Shown here: piece by piece, positions 27,148-41,474 of the stretch
Position numbering within the stretch: position 1 is the stretch's first letter
Layout of the letters: each line of letters starts with the position of its first letter
DNA from: Octopus vulgaris
Taxonomy: Eukaryota
NCBI GenBank assembly: GCA_951406725.2
Contig: OX597832.1
Coordinates: 55,366,001-55,430,000, forward strand
Reading direction: 5' to 3'
Length of the DNA: 64,000 nucleotides
The notes under the pieces: model-generated
Seen by the model: the letters and a program-made list of their open reading frames with translations, nothing else
Database searches by the model: none
What the model was told of the DNA's origin: nothing
Made by a program: the position numbers and the translations under genes

Positions 27148-29722
27148 TGGGGGTAGTAGTCATTTCCTTTGATTTCTTGATAGAAGCAAATAGAAAATAA
27201 CACTTACTGACCAAAAGACCAAAAACAAAAAATCTTGTTACTTAGTGTTATTAATGACACACATAAATGGTACTAACGATTTACGTTCGAATCCTTTAAC
27301 GAATAAAATAGTTTGTTTATCATTTAGGAATGCCGCAAACAAATCTCGCCTCAATACTTTACAGCAAATGTGATCAAGGTGTGACTGGAAACTCCTGCTC
27401 TATTCCGAAGTACAGGTAATAAATTCATGCCATGAAATCTGTCTTTTAGTTGTCTTAGTCATTCGACTGCGGCCATGCTGGGGCACCGCCTCAAATAATT
27501 TTTTAGTTGAATGAATCAACCAAAGTACTTATATTATTGTAATCTGGTACTTATTCTAGCGATCTATTTTGCCGAACCGCTAAGTTACGGGGACGTAAAC
27601 GCACCAACACCGGTTGTAAAGCAATGGTGGGACACATATATTTACAGACACACGATAGTCTCCTTTCAATTTCTTATTTCTTTATTGCCAACATCGAGCT
27701 AAACATAGAGGGGACAGATAAAGGGATTAAGTCGATTACATCGACCCAGTGCGTAACTGGTACTTATTTAATCGACCCCGAAAGGCTAAGTCGACCTCGG
27801 CGGAATTTGAACAAAGAAAGTAAAGACGGACGAAATACCACTAAGCATTTCGCCCGGCGTGCTAACGTTTCTGCCAGCCCACCACCTTTCAATTTCTGTT
27901 TACCAAATCCATTCACAAGGCTTTGCTCAGCCCAAGGGTTGCGGAGAAGACACTTGCCGAAGGTGCCGAGCAGTGGGACTGAACCTGTAACTATCTGCTT
28001 GAGAAGCAAGCTTTTTACCATTAAAACCAGTTGAGGTCTCAGCGAGACAGCGTAGTTAACGGATACTGCAGTACACCGAACATTAAAGTAACCCCAACGG
28101 TTCCACCATCGGAACAGCTTCAATCATTTCACCGACATACGGCAAGGCGGCAAAGCAAAACATCCGACGCTAAAGGCGTGAAAGAAAATGGCGTTCATTC
28201 AAGAAGCTATTTACTGCCGATAAAACGTATAACGAAGACTGCTGAAAGCTTAATTACTTTCAGAGGTGTGATGTTTTAAATGCTGGAATATGTTACGAGC
28301 CTAATCTCTTTAGAACAAACTGTGAAAACAAAAACAAAAAAAGATATATATATATAACTATTTTTGCTCTGTCTTCAAGTTATATACGGTACAAGATTTT
28401 CGTTTAGCACACAGACTATTAGAGCAGATAATTCTTTGTACTATACGCAGAAGGTCTGAACTAAAAGAGACAAAGTTTCTACTAAAAGCACGAAATTTTT
28501 GAAGGAATGGGGAGGAGGCTTGTTGCTTACATCGACTGCAGTGTTTGCCTTGGTACTTATTTTACTGACCCCGGAGAGCTAAAAAGCAAAGTCAGCATCG
28601 GCGGAATTCGATCTCAGAACGTAAAACTGGAAGAAAGAAATGCCGCTAAGCATTTTGCCCACTGTGCTAAGGATTTTAGCACAAGGCCAGCAAACTTGTG
28701 GCGGTGGGTGGGTGGGTGGGTGGGGTGGGGATGGGTTAAGTCGATTATCTCGACCCCAGTGTTTCAACTGGCACTTATTTTATCGACTTCCGAAAAGATG
28801 AAAGGCAAAGTCGACTTTGACGGAATTTGAACTCAGAACGTAAAGACGGACGATATGCTGCAATCTTTTTTAGCCCGGTGCGGTAACGATTCCGCCACCT
28901 CGAATAAAAAGAAAAAAAAAAGGGTGGGACTTCAAAGAACAAAATTGCAAGGGTATTATGTACCCGTTTAAGCAATAAATATAGGAATGAAACTTTTATT
29001 TCGGGTTTTCTGTATAGATTATAGACATTTAGACAAGAAGCAATCTACTATAATAACAGTCTTGTGTTTTTCTCCGTTACAACATGAATGAGAAAGGAAG
29101 GAGTGATGGCAAAGTTGGTAGTGGGATGATGGAAATTGTACGGTGAAAAAAATCAAACAGCGTTTCAACGCTGAATGAGTATATGTGTGTGTATGTGAGT
29201 GTGTGTGTGCGTGTGCGTGGGGGGCAATGGAGGTGGAATGGTGAATATTCAACGGTGAAAAGAAAATATCAAACAGCGTTTCAACTCTGTGCGAGTATAT
29301 GTGTGTATGTGTGTGCGTGTACAAGGGTAGTATGTGAACGTTTATATGTATGAGCCAGCATTCTTTCAGTAACAAACGATGATCGATGTCACATCTCAAA
29401 ATACAACCACTAGATAACACTGACAATTGTATTAATTTGAATTACCATCCATTTTCTATCTTTTGTCTTTATATATAAAATACTACAATTAGCCGTCATT
29501 TTTGACGGCACAGAGTCAGCTAGTAGGATAATAACCTTCAAGGTGCAGTTTGTAGTTTAAAGTAAGAACAGCTTTGATCTTTCTTCAGAAATATAAACAT
29601 AGGTGTACGATGTTTAAATACGTATGCAAACGATTCTTTTTTTTTTTTATCTATGTACGAATCCCTTTCATAATGGAAGGGAAAACTAAAATCCAGTTTC
29701 ATTTCTTTAGAAGTGTAATGTA

Positions 29723-30244
29723 CCGTAAATCCTCGAGTATAATCCGCATTTTTTCCCCAAAATTTAATGGTCAAAATCCCTTGTGCGTACTATATACGAG
29801 GTTAAAAATGAAAATTATTTTCTAAGCAATGTCCGAGTCTCTATTTGCTGTCCGACAATGTTTATTCAGACGCATTTTGTGATGTCGGGCGCGAAAATAC
29901 ATTAAGCTAAGCCTGAAAGCAATGAAGTCATAAAAGAATCATCCATAACTTGCAGTAAGCAACATTTATTGAGATAAAAGTATTCAGAACACAGAATAAC
30001 ATGTAACAAACACAATTTGCAAACATATTTACATTCCCATATAGCAGTTAAGAACATCACCATTATTGTATTACGCATGCGCGGAAGTGTTTGTTCAACT
30101 AGGTGCTGCTGGGTTAATTACGCACGACTCAAGTTAGAGAAAGGGTGCGTATTATACACAAGGTTTAGGTTTTTCAGAAGTACAGCCCGCTAAAAATCCC
30201 CTGCGTATTATACTCAAGGGCGGACTATACTCGAGGATTTATGG
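29723..30244. mobile_element. Tc1/mariner-superfamily (Tc2/pogo-like) non-autonomous element
   Basis: TIRs ccgtaaatcctcgagtataatccgc / gcggactatactcgaggatttatgg, with TA on both sides. Confidence 0.8.
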
Positions 30245-30409
30245 TAGGTATTTGAAAAAAAAAAAAAATTACAAACTAAAAAACTAATGTAACCAACCGG
30301 TCATTCGTATAAGTCACGTGAGAATATTGGAATAGTTTTGCCGCGTTGAGGAAGACATCAGCTGGTGATTGGACAGAATATTCTCCGGAATAATAATAAT
30401 TATTATTAT

Positions 30410-31184
30410 TTCTGCTTTAGGCACAAGGCCTTGAAAATTTTGGGGGAAGGCGACAGTCGATTATATCGACCTCAGTGCATAACTGGTACTTAATCCATCG
30501 ACCCCGAAAGGATGAAAGGCAAAGCCGACCTCGGTGGAATTTAAACTCAGAACGTAACAGCGGGTGTTAGTATTTTGCCCGGCGCGCTAACGATTCTCCC
30601 AGTTCACTACCTTTACAATAATAATAACCTGAAATTTGGGGGTGGGGGATAGTCAATTACATTGACTCTAGTGTTTCGCTGCTACTTAATTTATCGACCC
30701 CGAAAGGATGAAAGGCAAAGTCGACCTCGGCGGAATTTTAACTCAAGCGTAGCAACGGGAGAAATACCTATTTCTTTACTACCCACAAGGGGCTAAACAG
30801 AGAGGGGACTAACAAGGACATACAAAGGGATTAAGTCGATTATATCGACCCCAGTGCGTAACTGGTACTTATTTCATCGACCCCCGAAAGGATGAAAGGC
30901 AAAGTCGACCTCGGTGGAATTTGAACTCAGAACGTAACGGCAGACGAAATACCTATTTCTTTACTACCCACAAGGGGCTAAACACAGAGGGGACAAACAA
31001 GGACAGACAGACGGATGAAGTCGATTATATCGACCTCAGTGCGTAACTGGTACTTAATTTATCGATCTCCGAAAGGATGAAAGGCAAAGTCGACCTCGGT
31101 GGAATTTGAACTCAGAACGTAACGGCAGACGAAATACGGCTACGCATTTCGCCCGGCGTGCTAACGTTTCTGCCAGCTAGCGGC
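30410..31184 (-). mobile_element. SINE family B multimeric array
   Basis: Four central domains; unit spacing 185 bp (acctatttc at 30766 and 30951). Confidence 0.85.
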
Positions 31185-32219
31185 CTTTCCACAACAACAA
31201 CAATAATAATAATAATAACAAGAGCACTCAGTGAGCGCAAACCTCTGCCAAGGCAACACCAACGTCCTCTCGACGATTAACCAAAGATGATTTTTAAAAT
31301 GAGAATATCTGAAATAATCTCGACTGCGCACACAAACGAGAATACTGCTCTCAAAAATTAAGTAAAAAAAAAAAACGGAAAAATAATCCAGAATCCTTGT
31401 CCGGTACCTGATCAATCCCATTTACTGGACTAATTATAGACATTTCTAAGTTCAGAAATAACTTCTAGAAAATTCTAAATATGGAGGACTGTTTTGCTTA
31501 GCTTTATTATGGCTAAAATAGAACATCTGATATTCATCATTAATTCTGTTTACTATAGACCGATCTCCTGAGAATGACAGGCAAAGTCGACATCGACAGA
31601 ATTTGAAACCGAGATCTTAAAACCGGAACAAATGTTGCAAAATATTTATCTTACTTATACATCATTAATGGTTTGAAATTTTGATATAAGGCCAGTAGCT
31701 TTAGGACAGAGAGAGAGATGGAAGGAAGAGATTGATCAGGTGCTACGCAGTGGGACTGAACCCGGAACCATGTGGTTGGTAAGCAAGCTCCTTACCGAAC
31801 AGTATTTGATGAACTGTAGCTTAACAACTGGTTGGGCTACAGAAGGGCTTCTTTTTAAAAAAAGACAGAACGAATGTTACTTGGTGATTTAAAGCAAAAC
31901 GCGTGGGGTGGGGTCGGAATATGACGAGAATCAATAGATTGGAGATTATCGGTGCAGTGAGATTAGATATCGTTATCAACTTAGTTCGTTGGAGTAAATG
32001 CTATTTCATTTAATGATAAACGAGAATCCGGGAAGCGGCGAGCTGGCGGAACCGTTGGCACACGGTTACTGGCATTTGTTTCGGCTCTTCACGTTCTGAG
32101 TCTAAATCCTGCCACCGCCGCCGCCGCCGCCACCGTCGCCGCCTACTTCGCTTTTTATTATATTCGGATCGATAAAATTAGTACCAGTCAAGTACTTACT
32201 GCGATCGAAGTAATCAACT

Positions 32220-32812
32220 TACTTTCTCTTATTTCTCTCTCTCTCTCTCTCTCCCTCTTTCTCTCTCTCACTCTCTTATTTTCTGTCTCTCTTATTCTAT
32301 CTGTATGTCTCTCTCTTACTCTCTCTCTCTCCTTTATTCTCTCTCTTATTCTGTTTGCCTGTCTGTCTGTCTCTCTCTCTCCCTCCCTCTCTCTCCTTTC
32401 CCCTCACCCCTCTCCTATTCTATCTGTATGTCTGTCTGTCACTCTCTCTCTCTTACTCTCTCTCCCCCTTATTCTCTCTCTCTCATACTCTGTCTGCCTT
32501 CCTCTCCCTCCCTCTCTCCCCTTTCTCTCCCTCCGTCCCCCTCACCTCCTCTCTCCCTCTTCCTTTACGCTCTCTCTTATTCTATTTGTCTGCCTGTCTC
32601 TCCCTCTTCCTCCTCTCTCTCTCTTTCTTATTCTATCTGTATGTTATGTCTGTTTCTCTCTCCACCTCTCTTTCTCTTTCTGTCTCCTTCTCCCTCCTCC
32701 TCCCCCTCTCCTCCTCTCTCTCCCTCCCTCTACCTCTCTCTCTCCCTCCCTCTACCTCTCTCTCTCCCTCCCTCTACCTCTCTCTCTCCCTCCCTCTACC
32801 TCTCTCTCTCCT
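32220..32812. repeat. CT-rich low-complexity / minisatellite tract
   Basis: Seen directly; ctccctccctctacctctct units at the 3' end. Confidence 0.9.
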
Positions 32813-33453
32813 AAAACTGCTGTCCTTATATCAAAATTTCAAACCATTAATGATGTATGAGTGAGATAAATATTTTGCAACATTTGTTTCGGTTTTAAGA
32901 TCTCGGTTTCAAATTCTGTCGATTTCGACTTTGCCTATCATTCTTTGGGGATCGATTAAATAAAATCAGGCGAGCAGTAGAGTCGATGTGATCGACAATC
33001 CTATTCCTTGTGTCTATAGTAAACAGAATTAATGATGAATAAGAGATATTCTATTTTTGCCATAATAAAGCTAAGCAAAACAGTTCTCCATATTTAGAAT
33101 TTTCTAGAAGTTATTTCTGAACTTAGAAATGTCTATAATTAGTCCAGTAAATTAACACATGAAAGACTAATTGATAAATCAAAGCCTATCATTGAAGATT
33201 ACTTTACGAGAATGAGTGACTGATAATTGGTTTGGACAAAATGCTTTATTAAGAAAACATGATGTAAGGGGGGAACAAGATCTGAGAGGTGGGCGGAAAT
33301 TCTATGCGAAACAGAAATTTCTTTTATTAGAAAGTTTTCGTAATCACTTCAAGAGAAGAGGAATTCGTAAATAGAACATTCTCGGGAAGTTGTTTCTGCC
33401 AGTCGTGCGGGTGACCGAGTTTCGATTCTTTGCCGCGAAAGCTTGTATTTGTA

Positions 33454-34065
33454 GGCGGCGAGCTGGCAGAAACGTTAGCACGCCGGGCGAAATGCTAAGC
33501 GGTATTTCGCCTGCCGTTACGTTCTGAGTTCAAATTCCGCCGAGGTCGACTTTGCCTTTCATCCTTTCGGGGTCGATTAAATAAGTACCAGTTACGCACT
33601 GGGGTCGATATAATCGACTTAATCCGTTTGTCTGTCCTTGTTTGTCCTCTCTGTGTTTAGCCCCTTGTGGGTAGTAAAGAAATAGGTATTTCGTCTACCG
33701 TTACGTTCTGAGCTCAAATTCCGCCGAGGTCGACTTTGCTTTCATCCTTTCGGGGTCGATAAATTAAGTACCAGTTACGCACTGGGGTCGATGTAATCAA
33801 CTTAATCCCCTTGTCTGTCCTTGTTTCACCCCTCTATGTTTAGCCCCTTGTGAGCAGTAAAGAAATAAGAAACTTATGTACGCCGTGCGAAATATTTAAT
33901 GGTATTTCGTCTGTCTTTATGTTCTGAGTTCAAATTCTGCCGAGGTCGACTTTGGCTTTCATCCTTTCGGGGTCGATATATAAAGTAACAGTTGCTTACT
34001 GGAGTCGATCTAATCGACTAACCTCTCCCCAAAAAATTTCGGGCCTTGTGCCTAGAGTAGAAAAG
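33454..34065 (+). mobile_element. SINE family B array
   Basis: Full head plus two young units, followed by an older copy. Confidence 0.85.
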
Positions 34066-34283
34066 ATTCCAAAGGTTGCAGCGAATAAGTTTCTCTCTCG
34101 AAAAAAGAAACTGCTTTGGCATCAACTACTCGGGGGATAATCAAATGATGTCTTACTTAATTAGAAGTGACTTACTTAATTAGAGGATGATGAGAGCGCT
34201 ATTGCTATTTTTTTTCTTGACTTCCGGAAATAAAGCAATGAAGAATACCTTTGAAGGTTTTTGAAGGGTAATGAAAAATATAT

Positions 34284-34507
34284 AGGCGTAGGTGTGGCTC
34301 TGTGGTAAGAAGCTTGCTTCTCAAGCACTTATTCAGGGTTCAGTTCCATTGCGTGGCACCTTGGACAAGTGTCTTCTACTACAGCCTCGGGCTGACTAAA
34401 TTCTTGTGAATGTATTTGGTGGACGGAAACTGAAAAAGCCCGTCGTGTGTAGATACATATATGTGTGTATGTGTGTGTGTGTGTGTGTGTGTGAGTGTGT
34501 GTGTGTA

Positions 34508-34538
<31 letters not shown>

Positions 34539-34787
34539 GTGTGTGCATGCATGTGTGTGTGTGTGTGCTTGCGTCTGTGTTTGTCAACCACTAGCGCTTG
34601 AAACCGGTATTGGTGTTTTTACGCCCCGCCCCCCCCAGTAACTTAGCAATTCAGCAAAACGAAATCGATAGAATAAGTACCAAGCTTTTAAAAAAAATAA
34701 GCCCTGGGGTCGATTCATTGAACAAAAAATTCTTCAAGGCGGTGCCCCAGCATGGCCTCAGTCTAATGACTGAAACAAATTAAAGAT
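34284..34787 (+). mobile_element. SINE family A with internal (TG)n expansion
   Basis: Head ggcgtaggtgtggctctgtggtaag and tail ...atgactgaaacaa. Confidence 0.8.
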
Positions 34788-35135
34788 GTATTCTTTGCAA
34801 AGAATATATTCCGTCTGATGCGGAAACAGATCGATATACATACTTATCTGATTAATTATTGGACGTTAGCAAAGAATGAAGTTCAAAAGAAAATTATTTC
34901 GATCTGCAGGACATATTTTAGATCATAATTCCCTCCGTATCGTCTGGTTTTAATTTGCTTCGGGACAATAACAAGAATGGTAGACAGTATTCATTGATCA
35001 TTAAATGTTGTTATTGTATCTTTTTGTGTAAGGCAGATTATATCAAGGAAAGACAAACGAAGCCAAATCAAATATATATCACACGACAATCAGCTTTAGA
35101 GATTCCTCTTCATCAAACTCAATGTAATAAACAAC

Positions 35136-35299
35136 AGGCTCAGGCGTTGCTGTGTGGTAATAAGCTTGCTTCCCAACCACATCGTTGCGGGTTCAGTCCC
35201 ACTGCGTGGCACCTTGGGCAAGTGTCTTCTACTTATAACCTCGAGCCGACCAAAGCCTTGTGAGTGGATTTGGTAGACGGTAACTGTAGAAGCCAGCCG

Positions 35300-35330
<31 letters not shown>

Positions 35331-35527
35331 ATCTATGTATGTATGTATATGTGTGTCTGTGTTTTCCCTCCACCATCACTTGACAACCGATGTTAGCGGT
35401 TCGGTAAAAGAGAACGATAGAATAAGCACTGGGCTTACAAAGAATAAGTCCAAGGTTCGACTTGTTCGACTAAAGTTAGTACTTCAGCAAGGCCGCAGTC
35501 AAATGGCTGAAACAAATAAAAGAATAA
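35136..35527 (+). mobile_element. SINE family A
   Basis: Matches the 39623-40025 copy. Confidence 0.8.
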
Positions 35528-35849
35528 AAGAACGTAATAAAATGATACTAAAGCCGTTCCAATGGACCATACAAAGACGGTTTTCTGCCTTTCTTAGAAC
35601 ATTCGTTCCAATGGACCACAAAATATGGTCTTGTCCTTTCATTCCCCCAAAAAAATTGGCACCAATGACACGCACGAAAATCGTCAAGGGATTTAAACAC
35701 GCTAGAAGTTCCGGTGAACAATACAGAGATCGCCTTGTGCTTTAGTAACAATAGTCAAATTATCGATGTCAAATTTTGGCACAAAACCAGTCATTTCAGG
35801 GCAACAGGGTAAGTCGATAACACGACAAATTTTGGCATGTTCAACATAT

Positions 35850-36358
35850 TCAACTGGTACTTATTTCATCGACCCCGAAAGGATGAAAGGTAATGTCGAC
35901 CTCGGCAGAATTTGAACTCCGAACGTAAAGACGAGCGAAATACCTATTTCTTTACTACCCACAAGGGGCTAAACACTGAGAGGACAAACAAGGACAGACA
36001 AACGGATTAAGTCGATTATATCGACCCCAGTGCGTAACTGGCACATATTTAATCGACCCCGAAAGGATGAAAGGTAAAGTCGATCTCGGCGGAATTTGAA
36101 CTCAGAACGTAACGGCAGATAAAATACCTATTTCTTTATTACCCACAAGGGGCTAATAACAGAGGGGACAAACAAGGACAGATATAGGTATTAAGTCGAT
36201 TATATCGACCCCAGTGCGTAACTGGTACTTAATTTATCGACCCGAAAGGATGAAAGGCAAAGTCGACCTCGGCGGAATTTGAATTCACAACGTAAAGGCA
36301 GACAAAATACGGCTACGCATTTCGCCCGGCGTGCTAACGATTCTGCCAGCTCGCCGCC
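35850..36358 (-). mobile_element. SINE family B trimer
   Basis: Unit spacing 184 bp (35942, 36126). Confidence 0.85.
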
Positions 36359-36657
36359 TTAGCTCGTCATGTAATTGGGAATCGAATTGGATTTGTGCTT
36401 AATTGGAAGAAATTCTGCGGAATAGTTTCTGTAGATGACAAAGCGGAAAATGCAGGGAACGCATACCACCTATGATCCAGTGACGTCAGTCATAAAAATT
36501 ATTTTTTACCAAATGTGGTTTTACACAAATATAAATGGGGAATTTCCTTCCGTGACATTTCCTGCTGCGAAATTTATCTGGTCCGAACACACTCCAACGT
36601 GTTGAGTGGCCAACCTTTGACACGAATATATTTTATTCTGCGCTGCTTCGTACGATA

Positions 36658-36723
<66 letters not shown>

Positions 36724-36781
36724 GCACACACGCACACACACACAACACACACACACACACACCTCTATATACACACATATA

Positions 36782-36814
<33 letters not shown>

Positions 36815-36993
36815 CATTAGTGTGTTCACATCACTGGACGTATGTATATAGTTCTTTACTGGCCCAAAACTTCGAAGTTACTGTCTACAACATTCTTGTT
36901 TTGTTCTCTACAAAGGTTTAGAGTAACCAATCAGATTAAAGTAAAATTGTGTTTATTATAACTGAACATAAACACAAGCATTTATTATATACA

Positions 36994-37025
<32 letters not shown>

Positions 37026-37194
37026 CATATATATATAGTATGTTTGTCACTTAAATACGGCTAACCCTTAAGGGTGGGTGCTACTGTAGCCCCAGGAAGA
37101 TACCTCCTCCAGCTGGCTATTGACACACTTTCTGTGCCCTATCAGTATTTGCAAAAGGAAGCCATCCTTCCCATCTCCAACCTGACGTGATACA

Positions 37195-37235
37195 CATGGA
37201 CCCGAGTTTCTGGATATTGACCCGTCATCAGCGTA
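37195..37235 (-). ncRNA. Minimal type I hammerhead-ribozyme-like motif
   Basis: Minus strand reads tacg-CTGATGA-c-gggt(caat)atcc-a-GAA-ac(tcgg)gt-C-catg; GUC triplet, helix I weak. Confidence 0.5.
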
Positions 37236-37410
37236 GGACAATCACCGATTGTCGATGTGAAGTGGTTCCCAATGCAAGTATACACGTTTTCGAGATCAGT
37301 GACTTTTCGTCACTGGAAAAAGGATATATATATATATATATTTACATTGGGAACAAATTCACACACACACACACACATGCACATACATACACACACACAC
37401 ACATACAGGT

Positions 37411-37925
<515 letters not shown>

Positions 37926-37929
37926 AGAC

Positions 37930-37971
<42 letters not shown>

Positions 37972-38029
37972 CATATATACATAAATGTATATATCGTGTT
38001 TATCTTCTCTTCCATCCCTTTCTCTCTCT

Positions 38030-38527
<498 letters not shown>

Positions 38528-39622
38528 TTCTCCCCACGCCTTTCTTCAGTTCACCACCAGGGTGTGTAATCGATGCAAACTGTGTCAAGGTAGAACATTT
38601 CCAGCCGCTCATGTCGTCTTTCTCATTTCTCTCCCACTCCTCACTCCACCATACACCACACCACACCACACCACACCACACCACACCACAACCACACCAC
38701 ATTCTCTACCAGACGGCGTCGATTTCACACGTTCTCTTTTTTCCTTTTTTTTTTTTATCTCTCAACTAGTTTTCTATCCTCCATAAACTCGAGCAATGAA
38801 CAAACATACAAACAAACAAAACAAAACAAAACAAAAATTGAGCGTTGATTCGCAATAACAAGATGCACTCACACGCTTGCTTTATTCGTGTGATGAGATA
38901 AAACTGGTTTAGATAAAGACCGATTCGCGGCAATGAGCCAACAAGGAGTCTTAAATAACTTGTTCGACACGTCAAAATAGCAGCGAAATCTCATTCTAGA
39001 TCAGAGATTCTCAACGGTTTTCTTAAAAATTTTGGGCGCCATTTTGATACCCTGTTTTATTAGAGTTTGAACCCCATAGCAATTCGATTCTTTTATTTTT
39101 TTTTGATTTGTTTCAGTCAGTTGATAGTGGCCATGCTGGAGCGCTGCCTTAAAGGGTTTGAGATGAAGAAATCGACCCCACCCTCTGCTCTCGGACTTAT
39201 TCTGTTCTAAGCCTAGTACTTAATTCTATCGGCGCCTATTGCCGAACCGCTAAGTCACGAGGACGTAAACACATCAACATCGGTTGTCAAGCGGTGCGTG
39301 GGACACAAACACACAAGCACACATATATGACGGGCTTCTTTCAGTTTCAATCTACCAAATCCACTCTCAAGGATTTGGTCGACCCAGGGCTATAGAAGAA
39401 GACACTTGCCCAAAGTGCTACGCAGTGGGACTGAACCCGGAACCATGTGACTGAAGAAAAAGCTTCTTCCCACACAGTCATGCCTGTTAAAAGAATCTTA
39501 TCATATATTTAGTATAATATATTATGAGGAATTGTGAAGGCGGAGAGCTGACAGAACCGTTATCATGCCGGACGAAATATTTAGCAGCATTTCGTTCATC
39601 TTAATGTTTAGAAAATAAACTA

Positions 39623-40025
39623 GGCGCAGGAGTGGCTGTGTGGTAAGTAGCTTGCTTACCAACTACATGGTTCCGGGTTCAGTCCCACTGCGTGGCACCT
39701 CGGGCAAGTATCTTCTACTATAGCCTCGGGCCGACCAAAGCCTTGTGAGTGGATTTAGTAAACGGAAACTGAAAGAAGCCCGTCGTATATATTTATATAT
39801 ATGTGTGTGTGTGTGTGTTTGTGTGTCTGTGTTTGTCCCCCCCAACATCGCTTGACAACCAATGCTGGTGTGTTTATGTCCCCGTAACTTAGCGGTTCGG
39901 CAAAATAGACCGATAGAATAAGTACTCGGCTTACAAAGAATAAGCCCTGGGTTCGATTTATTCGACTAAAGGGGGTGCTCCAGCATGGCCGCAGTCAAAT
40001 TACTCAAACAAGTAAAAGAGAGTAA
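39623..40025 (+). mobile_element. Full-length tRNA-derived SINE family A (reference copy)
   Basis: A box tggctgtgtgg, B box ggttcagtcc, internal TA/TG tract and tail aagtaaaagagagtaa; more than 15 related copies or fragments in the window. Confidence 0.88.
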
Positions 40026-40640
40026 TGAACCAAGTGAGAGTGATTAGGAGGAAGGGTTACTTAACTAGAGTAGAAATATCTCAGATTCGATAGAGTTTGA
40101 GAGACCCTGCGGATAGACTACAAAGGATAGTCGGAGTTGAAGACAGAGAGGTAGGAGTTGAAAGCAGAGAGAAGAATATACAGGAGGTAATGGGGCTGTT
40201 AAGGACGAGGAACTGGAAGGTTATACAATGAACCCTATGGTGGGTGGACATGCAGGGGAAATGAACCAACATCTTAATGTTCCACCAAAGTGTACTTTGC
40301 CTCTCATCATTTTTGAGGTCGATAAAATAAATACCAGTTGAGTACTGGGGTCGGTATAATCGATCCGTTCCCTCTCTCGGTGTTGCCGGCCTTGTGCAGA
40401 AATTTGAAATCGATATACAAGGCAGTGAGCTGTCGGAATCTCCAGCACGCCGGACAAAACGCTTAGCGGCATTTCATCCGTCTTTACGTTCTGAGTTCAA
40501 ATTCCATCGAGATCGATTTTGTTTTTCATCTTTTTCGGGGGTCGATAAAATAAGTACAAGTTAGGCACTGGTTTCGATATAACCGACTTAATCCCTCCTC
40601 TCCCAAACTGCTGGCCTTGTGCCAAAACCTGAAGTTATTA

Positions 40641-41058
40641 TTACTCTTTTACTCTTTCTCTTTTACTTGTTTCAGTCATTTGACTGCGGCCATGCTGGAG
40701 CACCGCCTTTAATCGAGCAACTCGACCCCGGGACTTATTCTTTTGTAAGCCCAGTACTTATTCTATCGGTCTCTTTTGCCGAACCGCTAAGTAACGGGGA
40801 CATAAACACACCAGCATCGGTTGTCAAGCAATGCTAGGGGACAAACACAGACACAAACACACACACGCATACATATATATATATATACATATATACGACG
40901 GGCTTCTTTCAGTTTCCGTCTACCAAATCCACTTACAAGGCTTTGGTCGGCCTGAGGCTATAGTAGAAGACACTTACCCAAGGTGCCACGCAGTGGGACT
41001 GAACCCGGAACCATGCGGTTGGTAAACAAGCTACTTACCACACAGCCACTCCTGCGCC
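40641..41058 (-). mobile_element. Full-length SINE family A
   Basis: Reverse match to 39623-40025. Confidence 0.88.
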
Positions 41059-41244
41059 TATTAAGAATTTTATCCTTGACATGTTTCTGTTGTTATACTG
41101 CAGCCGTTCTGGGCGAATTTCTAGTGCAATGAATCGACTCCAGGAGATAGATTGAATGTGAAAGTGCTTGGGAGGTTTCACAGGGCGACCCGAGCAGAAA
41201 TGGACCGACTGTGGATTCCACGATGTGCAGTTGCCGCTCCGCAG

Positions 41245-41474
41245 ACCTATTTCTTTATTACCCACAAGGGGCTAAACACAGAGGGGACAAACAAGGACAG
41301 ACATAGGTATTAAGTCGATTACATCGACCCCAGTGCATAACTGGTACTTAATTTATCGACCCCGAAAGGATGAAAGGCAAAGTCGACCTCGGCGGAATTT
41401 GAACTCAGAACGTAGTGGCAGACGAAATACCGCTAAGCATTTCGCCCGGCGTGCTAACGCTTCTGCCAGCTCGC
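41245..41474 (-). mobile_element. SINE family B monomer with TSD
   Basis: Flanked by cgcagacc at 41240-41247 and 41472-41479, overlapping the element ends. Confidence 0.85.

Noticed and set aside
30410-31184. CRISPR-like array
   Set aside because: Whole ~184-bp units repeat with no unique spacers; eukaryotic SINE context; no cas genes.
35546-35747. Small MITE with tactaaagc / gctttagta ends
   Set aside because: The inverted repeat is only 9 bp and there is no second copy in the window.
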